Shown here piece by piece: positions 19,296 through 29,112 of a stretch of DNA of 64,000 nt. Source of the DNA: Gemmatimonas sp. GTDB lineage: Bacteria; Gemmatimonadota; Gemmatimonadetes; Gemmatimonadales; Gemmatimonadaceae. The DNA is taken from NCBI GenBank assembly GCA_031414535.1, contig JANNVQ010000038.1:67461-131460 (forward strand). The letters are read 5' to 3'. Position 1 is the stretch's first letter, and each line of letters opens with the position of its first letter. Under the pieces are notes generated by a model that was given only the letters and a program-made list of their open reading frames with translations, searched no databases and was not told the DNA's origin. The translations under genes and the position numbers were made by a program.

Positions 19296-22199
19296 ATGTC
19301 TCGTATGCGTATCCGTTTCGTCAGCAGGTTGCTTGCAGTTCTCGGCTTCTTCGCGGCCGCAGGCGCCGCCGACGCTCAATCCGGCACGATCGCCGGCCGG
19401 GTCACTCAGTCCGACGGCGGCGCGCCGGTTGAGGCGGCTGAAGTCCTTGTCGTCTCCGGCAACTCCACCGTTGCGGCAGTGCGCACCGGAGCCGACGGCA
19501 GCTATCGCCTCGCCGCGCCTGCGGGCACCTACGCGGTTGTCGCGCGTCAGGGCGGCTACCAGCAGAAGCGCACCGAAGGCGTGGTCGTGACCGCCGGTCA
19601 GACCACGACGCTCAACATCTCGATGGCGCAGATGGTCTCGCGCCTCGATGCCGTCGTGAGCACCGCGACGCGCGGCGTGCCCGAGAAGATTCTCGACTCG
19701 CCGAACTCCATCTCGATGGTGACCTCGGAGCGCATCGCTGAGCGTGCCGGTGCCATCGGCGTGACGGACCACCTCAAGCAGACGCCCGGTCTCTCCATCT
19801 CCAACGGTGGCATCGTTCAGGCCAACATCGTCTCGCGCGGGTTCAACAACGCCTTCTCCACCTCGATGCTGATGCTGCAGGACTACCGCTTTGCCGGTGT
19901 CCCCTCGCTCCGCGTCAACGTGCCCTTCCTCTTCACCGGCACGGGCGAAGACATCGAGCGCATCGAAGTCCTGCAGGGTCCGGCCTCGGCGCTCTACGGC
20001 CCGAACTCCGGCGCTGGCGTGCTCCACGTGATCACCAAGTCGCCGTTCGATCCCGTAGCGCAGGGCACGACGTTGACGTTGGATGGCGGTGAGCGCTCGA
20101 TGTTCCGCCTCGCCGGCCGCCACGCCCAGCAGCTCGGCGAGCAGCTGGCGTTTAAGGTCTCGGGCGAGTACTTCAAGGCCGACGACTGGCAGTACAACGA
20201 TCCGAACGAACTCGGCTGCGCCACGACCACAGTTGGTGTATACACCGGCAACTACTGCAACGAAGCCCGCGTCCCGGCTTCCCGTCGGAACCAGCCGTTG
20301 GCCCGTGACTTTAGCCTTGAGCGCTACTCTGGCGAGGCTCGCCTCGACTGGCGCCCAGGCCCGAATACCGAAGCCATCACCACCTTTGGCTACACGATGG
20401 CCGCTAGCGCCATGGAAATCACCACGACCTTCGGCGCCTCGCAGGTGAAGAACTGGAGCTACACCAACTTCCAGCAGCGCTTCCGTCATAAGGATTTCTT
20501 CGCGCAGGTCTTCTACAACGCGTCCAATTCCGGCAACGCCGACGCGATGGATGACAACGGCACCTTCTACCTCCGTTCCGGCATCCCCGTGGTGGACCAA
20601 TCCACGGTGCTGGTCGGACAGCTGCAGCAGGGCTACACGCTCGGCAACACCAAGCTCACTGGTGGCTTGGACTACATCGCGACCACCCCGGAAACCAAGG
20701 GGACGATTAACGGTCGCAACGATGGCGACGACAACATCACCGAGATCGGCGGCTACCTGCAGTTCACCACCCGCCTCACCGACCGTCTCGACCTGATGGG
20801 CGCCGCCCGCGGCGACATGAACTCACGCATCGAAGGCACCCAGTTCTCGCCGCGCGCCGCGCTGCTCTACAAGCTCTCGGCCACGCAGAACTTCCGCTTC
20901 ACGTTTAACCGCGCCTTCAACTCACCGGCGTCGTTCGCGATGTTCCTCGACCAGTGGTCGGGCCAGTCGGCGAACCTGGGACCGGCCATCAACAACCCGG
21001 CCACGAACGCCACCGAAATCCGCATCTTCGGTAATCCGGCCAAGGAAGGCTGGCAGTACTCGCGTACCTGCGCCACCGGCCAGGCGGATGCGGGCGGCCT
21101 CTGCATGCAGTCCAACTTCACCGGCAACACGCGCTCGGCCGTTGGCGGTGCCACGATGCTCCCGGCCGTGATGAACGGCGGTCTGTCCACGCAGCTCGTT
21201 GCGGCAATTGCCGGCACGTTCGGCCTTAACGCCACGCAGCAGACCAACATCCGCAACGCACTCAACGGCCTGTTGCCAAACAACACGCAGGTGCCACTCA
21301 TCCTGCGGAACGTGCTCGCTGGCAACGCCGTCACGCCGTTCAGCTCGGTGACGGACTACTCTCCTCTCGGCGCCAACTTCTCCAACACCTGGGAAGTGGG
21401 CTACAAGGGCGTGATTGGCAACAAGCTGTCCGTCGCGGTGGACTACTGGTATCAGATCCGCCCGGCGGATCCGACCACGCAGGTCATCAATGGTGACGAC
21501 GTGGTGTTCTTCAATCCGGCCACGCTCGGCGCCTACCTCGGCGCTCCGGGTACGGGCGTGACGGCAGCCCTCGCCGGTAACGGCGTCCCGGGCCCCGCTA
21601 TCGGCACGGTAATCACCAACTGGACCACCGCGCTGGCGGGCCTGCCCACGGGTACGCTGGCCTTCAACAACGATCTCTACGATCGCAGCTACCTGGTGTT
21701 CACCTACCAGAACGCCGACGGCCAGGTTGACGTCCGCGGTATTGACGTTGCGCTCGACTACCAGATTAACCCGATGTGGTCGGTGGCCTCGACCTACTCG
21801 ACGCTCAGCCGCAACGTGTTCACGGATGCCGTCGGCGCCACGCCGACCAATCCGCTGGTTGCCAACACCCCGCGTCATCGCGCCTCGCTCACCTTCCGCC
21901 GTGCTGACGACGCGAAGGGCATGAGCATGGAGCTCCGCGGCCGTTATGCGGATGCCTTCGACGTGAACTCGGGCGTCTTCAATAACTACAACCAGAGCGT
22001 GCCAGCTGGTGGCACGGCGTACACCCGCGTGCCGGTCAACGCCTTCATGGACGCGGGCTTCTCTTGGAAGCTCCCGGTCGCGCAGAACGTCCGCTGGTCG
22101 CTCAACGTCCAGAATTTGCTCGACAACCAGGTGCCGTCGTTTATCGGCGTCGCCCCGGTGGGCCGCTTCGCCACGACCCGCGTTTCGTACAACTTCTAA
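19296..22199 (+). CDS. TonB-dependent outer-membrane receptor with N-terminal carboxypeptidase-regulatory-like domain
   Basis: Signal peptide; GTIAGRV...; LDAVVSTATR TonB-box region; plug motif DIERIEVLQGPASALYG; NVQNLLD; C-terminal YNF; GAGG before ATG. Confidence 0.95.
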   Translation: MSRMRIRFVSRLLAVLGFFAAAGAADAQSGTIAGRVTQSDGGAPVEAAEVLVVSGNSTVAAVRTGADGSYRLAAPAGTYAVVARQGGYQQKRTEGVVVTAGQTTTLNISMAQMVSRLDAVVSTATRGVPEKILDSPNSISMVTSERIAERAGAIGVTDHLKQTPGLSISNGGIVQANIVSRGFNNAFSTSMLMLQDYRFAGVPSLRVNVPFLFTGTGEDIERIEVLQGPASALYGPNSGAGVLHVITKSPFDPVAQGTTLTLDGGERSMFRLAGRHAQQLGEQLAFKVSGEYFKADDWQYNDPNELGCATTTVGVYTGNYCNEARVPASRRNQPLARDFSLERYSGEARLDWRPGPNTEAITTFGYTMAASAMEITTTFGASQVKNWSYTNFQQRFRHKDFFAQVFYNASNSGNADAMDDNGTFYLRSGIPVVDQSTVLVGQLQQGYTLGNTKLTGGLDYIATTPETKGTINGRNDGDDNITEIGGYLQFTTRLTDRLDLMGAARGDMNSRIEGTQFSPRAALLYKLSATQNFRFTFNRAFNSPASFAMFLDQWSGQSANLGPAINNPATNATEIRIFGNPAKEGWQYSRTCATGQADAGGLCMQSNFTGNTRSAVGGATMLPAVMNGGLSTQLVAAIAGTFGLNATQQTNIRNALNGLLPNNTQVPLILRNVLAGNAVTPFSSVTDYSPLGANFSNTWEVGYKGVIGNKLSVAVDYWYQIRPADPTTQVINGDDVVFFNPATLGAYLGAPGTGVTAALAGNGVPGPAIGTVITNWTTALAGLPTGTLAFNNDLYDRSYLVFTYQNADGQVDVRGIDVALDYQINPMWSVASTYSTLSRNVFTDAVGATPTNPLVANTPRHRASLTFRRADDAKGMSMELRGRYADAFDVNSGVFNNYNQSVPAGGTAYTRVPVNAFMDAGFSWKLPVAQNVRWSLNVQNLLDNQVPSFIGVAPVGRFATTRVSYNF

Positions 22200-22230
22200 G
22201 CTCCTTGTAGGCAGCAATTCAGCAGGACCG

Positions 22231-22272
22231 GCGGGGGGTGGGCCAAACGGCCTACCCCCCGCTGTGTATTTT
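22231..22272 (+). terminator. Intrinsic terminator after the TonB receptor
   Basis: GCGGGGGGTGGGCC-AAAC-GGCCTACCCCCCGC stem followed by TGTGTATTTT. Confidence 0.75.
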
Positions 22273-22277
22273 GCAGG

Positions 22278-23054
22278 GTGATTTTGCTCGATCCCACCAA
22301 GCGACTCGTCATCGGCCACCGCGGCGCCCGCGCCGTGCGGCCGGAGAACACCCTGCAGTCTCTGCTGCACGCGGTGGAGCTGGGCGTGGACGCGCTGGAG
22401 TTTGACCTGCACTTAGCCAAGGATGGCGTGCCCGTGGTGCACCACGACGCCACGCTCGAGCGCACCACGGATGCCTCGGGACCCATCCGGGAGCGCTCGT
22501 CCCTAGAGCTAGGGCGCGTGAGTGCTAGCCAGCACTTCACATCCGATGGCGGACGTAGCTTTCCCTTCCGCGCGGCCCGCTTCGCCATCCCCACGCTCTG
22601 GGAAGTGCTGGAGGCCTGCCGCGGCCTTCCGCTCATTATCGAGCTGAAGTCGGTGGAGGTCGCCGAGCCGGCGCTCAAGGTGTTGCGTGAGACCGGCAGC
22701 CTGGATCGTGTGCTCGTCGGGAGCTTTCTCGACGAGGCCTTGATTCCTTTTATGCGGGCCGGCGTACCGATTAGTCCTGGCTCGCGCACGCTTACTTCCC
22801 TGTACGCGCGAGCCGCTCTCGGAGTAGGCTCCAAACAGCTGCCGTTTCAAGCCCTCTGTATTCCCCGCTTTCATTACGTGATTCCGCTACCGGTTGCAGG
22901 CTTTGCGCGCATGATGCGCGTCGCCGGTGGCCCCACGCACATCTGGACCATCAATGACCCCGCGCGCGCCGTTGAGCTCTGGCGCGCTGGCATCAACGGC
23001 ATCATTTCCGACGACCCGGCACTGATGCTCCGCACACGAGAGAGTCTGCATTGA
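22278..23054 (+). CDS. Glycerophosphodiester phosphodiesterase
   Basis: IGHRGA, PENTL, EFDLHLAKDG, HHDATLERTT, IELK, WTIN, GIISDDP. Confidence 0.93.
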   Translation: MILLDPTKRLVIGHRGARAVRPENTLQSLLHAVELGVDALEFDLHLAKDGVPVVHHDATLERTTDASGPIRERSSLELGRVSASQHFTSDGGRSFPFRAARFAIPTLWEVLEACRGLPLIIELKSVEVAEPALKVLRETGSLDRVLVGSFLDEALIPFMRAGVPISPGSRTLTSLYARAALGVGSKQLPFQALCIPRFHYVIPLPVAGFARMMRVAGGPTHIWTINDPARAVELWRAGINGIISDDPALMLRTRESLH

Positions 23055-24886
23055 CCGCACCAACGACCGTTCAAGCCAGCAAGCCGGGCGACAAGCCCGC
23101 CAAGAAGCCCACGAACTACAAGGCCGCCTGGGCAGAAACCCGGCGCCTGATGTGGCAGCACCGTAAGTCGCTGGGCATTGGCCTCGTGCTGATGCTGATC
23201 AATCGCCTCTCGGGCCTCGTGCTGCCAGGCAGCGTGAAGTGGATCATTGACGAGGTGCTCACCAAGCAGCGGATGGAGTTGCTACAGCCAATCGCCATCG
23301 CGGCGGCGCTGGCCACGCTGCTGCAAGCCTCAAGCTCGTTCGCGCTCTCGCAGGTGATCTCGGTCGCGGCGCAGCGCGCCATCACGGAGCTGCGTCGTAA
23401 GGTGCAAGCGCGCATCCTCCGCCTGCCGGTGAGCTTCTTTGACGCCACGCAGAGCGGCATCCTGATCAATCGCGTGATGAACGACGCGGAAGGCATCCGC
23501 AATCTCATCGGCACGGGCATCGTGCAGTTGGTGGGCGGCGTGCTCACGGCAGGCATCGCGCTCGCCTACCTGTTCTACCTGAACTGGTTCCTCACGGTGA
23601 TGACGCTGGTGCTGCTCGCGGTGTTCGGCGGCGGCATGGCCTACGCCTTCATGAAGCTGCGACCGATTTTTCGCGAGCGCTCCAAGATTCAAGCCGAAGT
23701 GAGTGGACGCCTTGGCCAGGCGATGGGCGGAGCCCGCGTGGTGAAGGTGTACACCGCGGAGAAGCGTGAGGAGATTGTCTTCACCAAGGGCGCGAATCGC
23801 CTGTTTCGCAACATCGCGAGCACCATCACGGGCACCTCAGCCGTGGGGGCGCTCGCGACGGTCATCATCGGCCTCGTGGGTGTGCTGATCCTCACGGTAG
23901 GTGGTCGCGCGGTCGTGCAGGGCTCGATGACGCTCGGTGACCTCATCAGCTACATATTCTTCGTGGGTCTGGTGAGCTTTCCCGTGGTGCAGATGGCCAA
24001 CATCGGCACGCAGATTACCGAGGCCTTCGCCGGCCTTGACCGCATCCGCGAGATCTTCGAGACGCCCACCGAGGACGAAGATGACCACCAGCGCCAGCGC
24101 CTGAACAACGCCAACGGCGACGTGGTCTTCGAGAAGGTGTGGTTTGAGTACCGCGAGGGCATTCCTGTCCTGAAGGATATCTCCTTCGTCTCCAAGTCGG
24201 GCAGCACTACCGCACTCGTCGGCTCGAGCGGCTCGGGCAAGAGCACGCTGATTTCTATCATCCTCGCGTTCAACCGTCCCAACCAGGGCCGCGTGACGAT
24301 TGGCGGGCAGGATCTGAACACGCTGCGCCTGCGCGATTATCGCAGCACACTTGGCGTGGTGCTCCAAGACAACTTCCTCTTTGATGGCACAGTGGCGGAG
24401 AACATCGCGTTCTCGCGTCCCGGAGCGACGCGCGACGAAGTGATTGCGGCGGCACGTGTGGCCAACTGCGATGATTTCGTGCGCGGCTTCCCGGATGGGT
24501 ACGAGACCATCGTCGGCGAGCGTGGCGTGAAGCTCTCCGGTGGCCAGCGCCAGCGCGTGGCGATTGCGCGGGCCATTCTCGCCGACCCGCAGGTGCTCAT
24601 CCTCGACGAGGCGACCTCGTCACTGGATTCGGAGAGCGAGAAGGAAATCCGCGAGGCGCTGCGGCATCTGCGGGCGGGGCGCACGACTTTCGTCATTGCG
24701 CACCGCCTCTCGACCATTCGCTCGGCGGATCAGATTCTCGTGCTCGAGAACGGTGCAATCGTGGAGCGTGGTTCGCATCGCGAGCTGATGGCGCTCGGCG
24801 GGCGGTATAAAGTCTTGCACGATACGCAGCACGCGGTGGAAACGGATTTGTTTATCAATCCGGGTGAGGAGCCAGCGCCGGTTTAG
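23051..24886 (+). CDS. ABC exporter, fused permease/ATPase (MsbA/MdlAB-like)
   Basis: N-terminal TM domain; GSSGSGKST, LSGGQRQR, ILDEATSSLD, IAHRLST. Confidence 0.95.
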   Translation: MTAPTTVQASKPGDKPAKKPTNYKAAWAETRRLMWQHRKSLGIGLVLMLINRLSGLVLPGSVKWIIDEVLTKQRMELLQPIAIAAALATLLQASSSFALSQVISVAAQRAITELRRKVQARILRLPVSFFDATQSGILINRVMNDAEGIRNLIGTGIVQLVGGVLTAGIALAYLFYLNWFLTVMTLVLLAVFGGGMAYAFMKLRPIFRERSKIQAEVSGRLGQAMGGARVVKVYTAEKREEIVFTKGANRLFRNIASTITGTSAVGALATVIIGLVGVLILTVGGRAVVQGSMTLGDLISYIFFVGLVSFPVVQMANIGTQITEAFAGLDRIREIFETPTEDEDDHQRQRLNNANGDVVFEKVWFEYREGIPVLKDISFVSKSGSTTALVGSSGSGKSTLISIILAFNRPNQGRVTIGGQDLNTLRLRDYRSTLGVVLQDNFLFDGTVAENIAFSRPGATRDEVIAAARVANCDDFVRGFPDGYETIVGERGVKLSGGQRQRVAIARAILADPQVLILDEATSSLDSESEKEIREALRHLRAGRTTFVIAHRLSTIRSADQILVLENGAIVERGSHRELMALGGRYKVLHDTQHAVETDLFINPGEEPAPV

Positions 24887-24892
24887 CGGGTA

Positions 24893-25017
24893 TTCACCAC
24901 GAAGGCACGAAGGGCTCGCTGCAAATCTGAAGGTGCGCGCGCCCCCCAAGCTCCGAGAGTTTGGGGGGCGCGCCTTTGCCTATTCTTACCGTAAACCCTT
25001 CGTGCCTTCGTAGTGAA
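24893..25017. repeat. REP/MITE-like element with 22-bp terminal inverted repeats (copy 1); inner hairpin is a likely bidirectional terminator
   Basis: TTCACCACGAAGGCACGAAGGG (24893-24914) / CCCTTCGTGCCTTCGTAGTGAA (24996-25017); inner 17-bp stem 24937-24973; lies between convergent genes. Confidence 0.88.
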
Positions 25018-25022
25018 GAGGC

Positions 25023-25454
25023 CTACTGCACAATCCGCCGACCACTCACGCGCGAGCCGTCACCAGGCATGGACCAATCGCCGGAGAAGGTGTCGCCTTC
25101 GAACGTGATATTGATGGTGCCTTCATCGCCCGTGGGCACGGCGATCTTGATGACCATCGAGTTGCCGGTGCGCGTGGCCTTGCTGATGGGAATCTCCCCG
25201 AAGGCCTGACTCATGATTGATCCCGTAAACTCGTTGCCCTCGACTGCTCGGAGTTGCATCACCATGTCAAAGGCCTGACCCTGCGCCGTGAGGGCCACGG
25301 TCCAGCGACCCACCGGGTTCACGAGAGCGGGAGCCGCCGGCATGACGGCGGCGGGCATGGGCGCGGCACCCGCCGTAGAGCCAGTGCTCGACTTGGCGCA
25401 GGCGGTGGAGAGGACAAGAACGCCCGCAAGGGCGGCTACGGCACGAAAATGCAT
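25023..25454 (-). CDS. Hypothetical lipoprotein (small beta-rich domain)
   Basis: MHFRAVAALAGVLVLSTAC lipobox, Ala/Pro linker, then a NPVGRWTV...FSGDWS beta-strand pattern. Confidence 0.78.
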   Translation of the reverse strand: MHFRAVAALAGVLVLSTACAKSSTGSTAGAAPMPAAVMPAAPALVNPVGRWTVALTAQGQAFDMVMQLRAVEGNEFTGSIMSQAFGEIPISKATRTGNSMVIKIAVPTGDEGTINITFEGDTFSGDWSMPGDGSRVSGRRIVQ

Positions 25455-25552
25455 GACATATCTCGGGGAGGAGGGTGAAAGGGACTGCACCGCACTACGA
25501 TACCAGCGAACTCGCGGATTCGACAGGCAGGCAAGGCGAATGGTTTGTAGCG

Positions 25553-27040
25553 TCAGTCCGCCGCCACCGTGCGCGTGGAGGCCCATTCCCGGAGCTCGGA
25601 GATCTTCTCCCACATGGTGCCCGAGAGGGGCCGTGTGGACTGGATCTCCGTGATGAGCATCGCGGTGCTCAGGGCCGAACCCGCAGAGAAGGCCCCGTAG
25701 AGGCCGCCCACCACCACCTGTTCGATCTCCGCGCCGCTGAAACCATCGCTGGCGGCGGCGAGCGCCGCACAATCGAACTTCTTGGTGTCCTGGTTTCGCT
25801 TGGTGAGGTGAATCTGGAAAATCTCAGCCCTCGCCTCGGCTTTGGGCAGGTCCACAAAGAACACTTCGTCAAAGCGTCCCTTCCGGATGAACTCCGGCGG
25901 CAGCGCGGCGATGTCGTTGGACGTGGCCATTACAAACACATCGCCTTTGCGCTCCTGCAGCCAACTCAGGAAGGTTCCAAACACGCGCTTGGACACGCCG
26001 CCATCCGCATCTCCGCCGCTGGCGAAAGCCTTCTCCAGTTCATCAATCCACAGTACGATGGGCGCCATTCGCTCGGCCGTGCGCATGGCGCGCTTGAAGT
26101 TCTTTTCACTGTCGCCGATGTACTTGTCGTAGAGATTGGCGGGGTCGAGCTTGAGCAGCGGCAGGCCCCACTCGCTGGCGACGGCCTTGGCGCAGAGTGA
26201 CTTGCCGCAGCCAGGCACGCCGAGCAACAGCACCCCGCGCGGAAATCCCAATCCGAACTGCGCGGCCCGCTGCGGATCGTGCACCACCGCGCGGCGCTTG
26301 CTGAGCCAGGCCTTGAAGCCCGCGAGTCCAGCAACTTGTCCTAAGGATTCTTCGGCGGGCCAGTACTCCAGCAGGCCGTCCTGCTCCACGACTTGCCGTT
26401 TTGCCGCCGCCACGCGCTGCACGTCGGAGCCGCGCACCGCACCGTCTTCCATGATCAGCTTCGTCACCACCTTCTCGGCTTCGGTGGACGTGAGGCCCAC
26501 GAGGTTGTTCACGAGACGGGTGCGCTCTTCGTGCGTCAGCTCAACTTTCACCGGCATCTTGGCCGAGTACTCGCGGATGACGCGTTCCAGCAGCAGGCGG
26601 TGGTCATTGAAATCCGGCGTCGGCAACTCGAGGGTCACCGCATGCGGGCGCAGCGAGTCGGGCAGCTGGATGCCGTGGCCGGAAATAACAATCGCACCGC
26701 GTCGCGCGCCAAAGTGCGCCACGCAATCGAGGACGTGACTCGCGACCACGGCGTCGTCAAGAAAGGGACCCAGACCCTTGAAGTGGAACACCCCCACGCC
26801 CTCCTGCGGAACGCGTGCCAACGCGGCCGTGGGCTCTGCCGTCTTTTCGATATAGGGGTCGCCTGGCTGGACCCCGCGGCGAATCCCACGTGAACGGCTC
26901 CACGAGAAGAACAGCAGCGACAGTCGTGAGGCGATGAGTGCAAGCATTTCGTCAGCGCGCTCGGGCTCGGGGGTATCGAGCAGGAGCAGGGCGTACTTGG
27001 ACCGGATGAGCAGTTCGAGTTCGGTCGCCGTATCTTTCAC
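25553..27040 (-). CDS. AAA+ ATPase, Ycf46-like (degenerate N-terminal AAA plus active C-terminal AAA)
   Basis: GVPGCGKS (Walker A), VLWIDELEK (Walker B), ATSN...PPEFIRKGRFDEVFFVDLP, FSGAEIE, C-terminal LREWA. Confidence 0.9.
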   Translation of the reverse strand: MKDTATELELLIRSKYALLLLDTPEPERADEMLALIASRLSLLFFSWSRSRGIRRGVQPGDPYIEKTAEPTAALARVPQEGVGVFHFKGLGPFLDDAVVASHVLDCVAHFGARRGAIVISGHGIQLPDSLRPHAVTLELPTPDFNDHRLLLERVIREYSAKMPVKVELTHEERTRLVNNLVGLTSTEAEKVVTKLIMEDGAVRGSDVQRVAAAKRQVVEQDGLLEYWPAEESLGQVAGLAGFKAWLSKRRAVVHDPQRAAQFGLGFPRGVLLLGVPGCGKSLCAKAVASEWGLPLLKLDPANLYDKYIGDSEKNFKRAMRTAERMAPIVLWIDELEKAFASGGDADGGVSKRVFGTFLSWLQERKGDVFVMATSNDIAALPPEFIRKGRFDEVFFVDLPKAEARAEIFQIHLTKRNQDTKKFDCAALAAASDGFSGAEIEQVVVGGLYGAFSAGSALSTAMLITEIQSTRPLSGTMWEKISELREWASTRTVAAD

Positions 27041-27043
27041 GCG

Positions 27044-28285
27044 ATGCAGGCCTCAGAGAGGGATGCGCGCGAAGATACTGCTCCGGGCGGCGCTCCGCAT
27101 CGGGCGCTACTGCTCATCGCCTTCGCCGAACTGCTGGGGATGTCGTTGTGGTTTGCCGGCTCGGCGGTGTCACCACAGCTCACGGCCCGCTGGGGCCTCT
27201 CTCCCGCTCAGGTGGGCGGACTCGCCACGGCAGTACAACTGGGCTTCGTGCTCGGCACTGCCATCTCTGCCTTGCTCAACCTGGCCGATGTGGTCCCGGC
27301 GCGGCGCTTGTTTGCAGTGTCGGCCGTGTGCGGCGCGGCCGCGAACGCGCTCCTGCTGTGGAGCCCGAGTTATGAATGGGCGCTCGCGGGGCGTGTGCTC
27401 ACCGGCGCGTTTCTCGCGGGCGTGTATCCGCCAGCGATGAAGATGGCGGCCACTTGGTTTAAGGCGCGGCGCGGGCTCGCCGTCGCCGTGGTTGTTGGTG
27501 CCCTCACCGTCGGGAAAGCGTCGCCGTACGTGTGGCAGGCATTCGTTGGCATGCCGTTCGAATGGCCTGTCATTGCGGCATCGGCGTCAGCGCTGCTCGC
27601 GGCGCTCATGATCGCGCTGTGGTACGAGGACGGACCCTTCGCCTTCCCGGCGCGCCCGTTCTCGTGGGGACTCATCGGCGAAGTCGCGCGCGCGCCGCAG
27701 TGGCGGCGTGCGCTCGGCGGATACCTCGGACACATGGCGGAGCTGTACTCGTACTGGACTTGGATTCCCGCGTTCTTGGCCGCGAGTGCCATGGCGCATG
27801 CAGGCGCTGATGCCGCGAAGTCGCCCTGGATTGCAGTGCTCGCCTTCGCCACAATTGCCATCGGCGGCATTGGATGTATTTGGGGTGGCGTGATGGGCGA
27901 TCGCATTGGCCGCGCGCGCATCGCCTCGCGCTCGATGCTGTTGAGCGGTGCAATCGCACTCGTGATTGGCTTCAGTTTTGGACGCAGTCCGTGGCTTGTG
28001 GGAGTACTGGCCCTGGCGTGGGGATTTTTTGTCATCGCCGACTCGGCGCAGTTCTCCGTGTTGGCCGCCGAGGCCGTGCCGCCCCACGCCGTGGGCACCG
28101 CGCTCACGGTGCAGACGTGTTTCGGGTTCTTGCTCACCACGCTGACCATTCAGTTGATTCCGCCGATGGTGGAGCGCGTGGGTTGGGACGGCGCCTTTAT
28201 GATTCTGGCAATCGGACCAGCGCTCGGCGTGTTGGCGCTACGTCCGCTCGTAGCCGCCGAGCGTCGCGCGAGGATGAGTACGTGA
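27044..28285 (+). CDS. MFS transporter
   Basis: About 12 hydrophobic segments; GVMGDRIGR; GYLGHMAELY; ADSAQFS. Confidence 0.88.
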   Translation: MQASERDAREDTAPGGAPHRALLLIAFAELLGMSLWFAGSAVSPQLTARWGLSPAQVGGLATAVQLGFVLGTAISALLNLADVVPARRLFAVSAVCGAAANALLLWSPSYEWALAGRVLTGAFLAGVYPPAMKMAATWFKARRGLAVAVVVGALTVGKASPYVWQAFVGMPFEWPVIAASASALLAALMIALWYEDGPFAFPARPFSWGLIGEVARAPQWRRALGGYLGHMAELYSYWTWIPAFLAASAMAHAGADAAKSPWIAVLAFATIAIGGIGCIWGGVMGDRIGRARIASRSMLLSGAIALVIGFSFGRSPWLVGVLALAWGFFVIADSAQFSVLAAEAVPPHAVGTALTVQTCFGFLLTTLTIQLIPPMVERVGWDGAFMILAIGPALGVLALRPLVAAERRARMST

Positions 28286-29103
28286 ACAGCGGCATACTCG
28301 CGCTCCTCAAGAGCTTCGATGACGGCCGCGACCGCGCGGAGTTCTATCGGGGATGGCGCATGGGGCTCGCGGCGGGGTTCTCGCACCCGATGATTCTGTC
28401 CAAGTCCATCGCGCGTGGTGGATTGGTTGGCGCCATTCGTGATCACCTGCTTGAGGGCACGAGCAAGGGCCAGGACATCGCGGCACTGGTGCGGAGTGGG
28501 GGGCGCTTCTTTGAGCCCTTCGAAGCCGCCCTTCTCGCAATGGGCGAAGAGAGCGGAAAACTCGAGGAGATGCTCACCCACCTCGCGGATTTCCATACGC
28601 GGCAGCACAAGATGATTCTCAAGGTGAAGAAGTGGCTGTCGTACCCACTCTTCGTGTCGCTCTTTGCCGTAGTGATCTTGCCCATCCCGCTGATTTTTCA
28701 GGGCAAGATGACGGCGTATTGGACCGCGACCATTATTGGCCTCGTGATGTGGTTCGTCTTCGGTGGCCTCGCGATTGGCCGCCTCGCGCAACGCTACCAG
28801 CGTCGGCCACAGTTCGTGCGGGCCCGCTTCGCGCGGACCCTCGCCCTGTGTATCGGCGCCGGCCTCCCGCTGCCCCGCTCGGTGATGCTCGCCGCGGACG
28901 CGTCGGGCGACCCTGCCCTCGCTCGGCACGTACGCCGCTTCGGTGAGCGCGTGCTGGCCAGCCAGCCCCTCACCCGCACGCTCGCCAACGCGCCGATGAT
29001 GACGCCAGAGCTACAGGGGGCACTATTGGTGGCCGAGCGCACAGGCGATTACGCCGGACCCGTCGGGCGGCTGGCCGACCTATACGAGGACGGTTTCAAG
29101 TAG
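28282..29103 (+). CDS. Type II secretion system F / PilC-family protein (short form)
   Basis: GEESGKLEEMLTHLA...LSYP and ARFARTLA...AGLPL...AERTG repeats around two TM helices; GTG overlaps the MFS stop. Confidence 0.82.
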   Translation: MNSGILALLKSFDDGRDRAEFYRGWRMGLAAGFSHPMILSKSIARGGLVGAIRDHLLEGTSKGQDIAALVRSGGRFFEPFEAALLAMGEESGKLEEMLTHLADFHTRQHKMILKVKKWLSYPLFVSLFAVVILPIPLIFQGKMTAYWTATIIGLVMWFVFGGLAIGRLAQRYQRRPQFVRARFARTLALCIGAGLPLPRSVMLAADASGDPALARHVRRFGERVLASQPLTRTLANAPMMTPELQGALLVAERTGDYAGPVGRLADLYEDGFK

Positions 29104-29112
29104 ATTTCTAGC

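Noticed and set aside
19083..22412. Long antisense ORFs (505 and 496 aa) opposite the TonB receptor
   Set aside because: Shadow frames of a GC-rich, codon-biased gene; no recognisable motifs.
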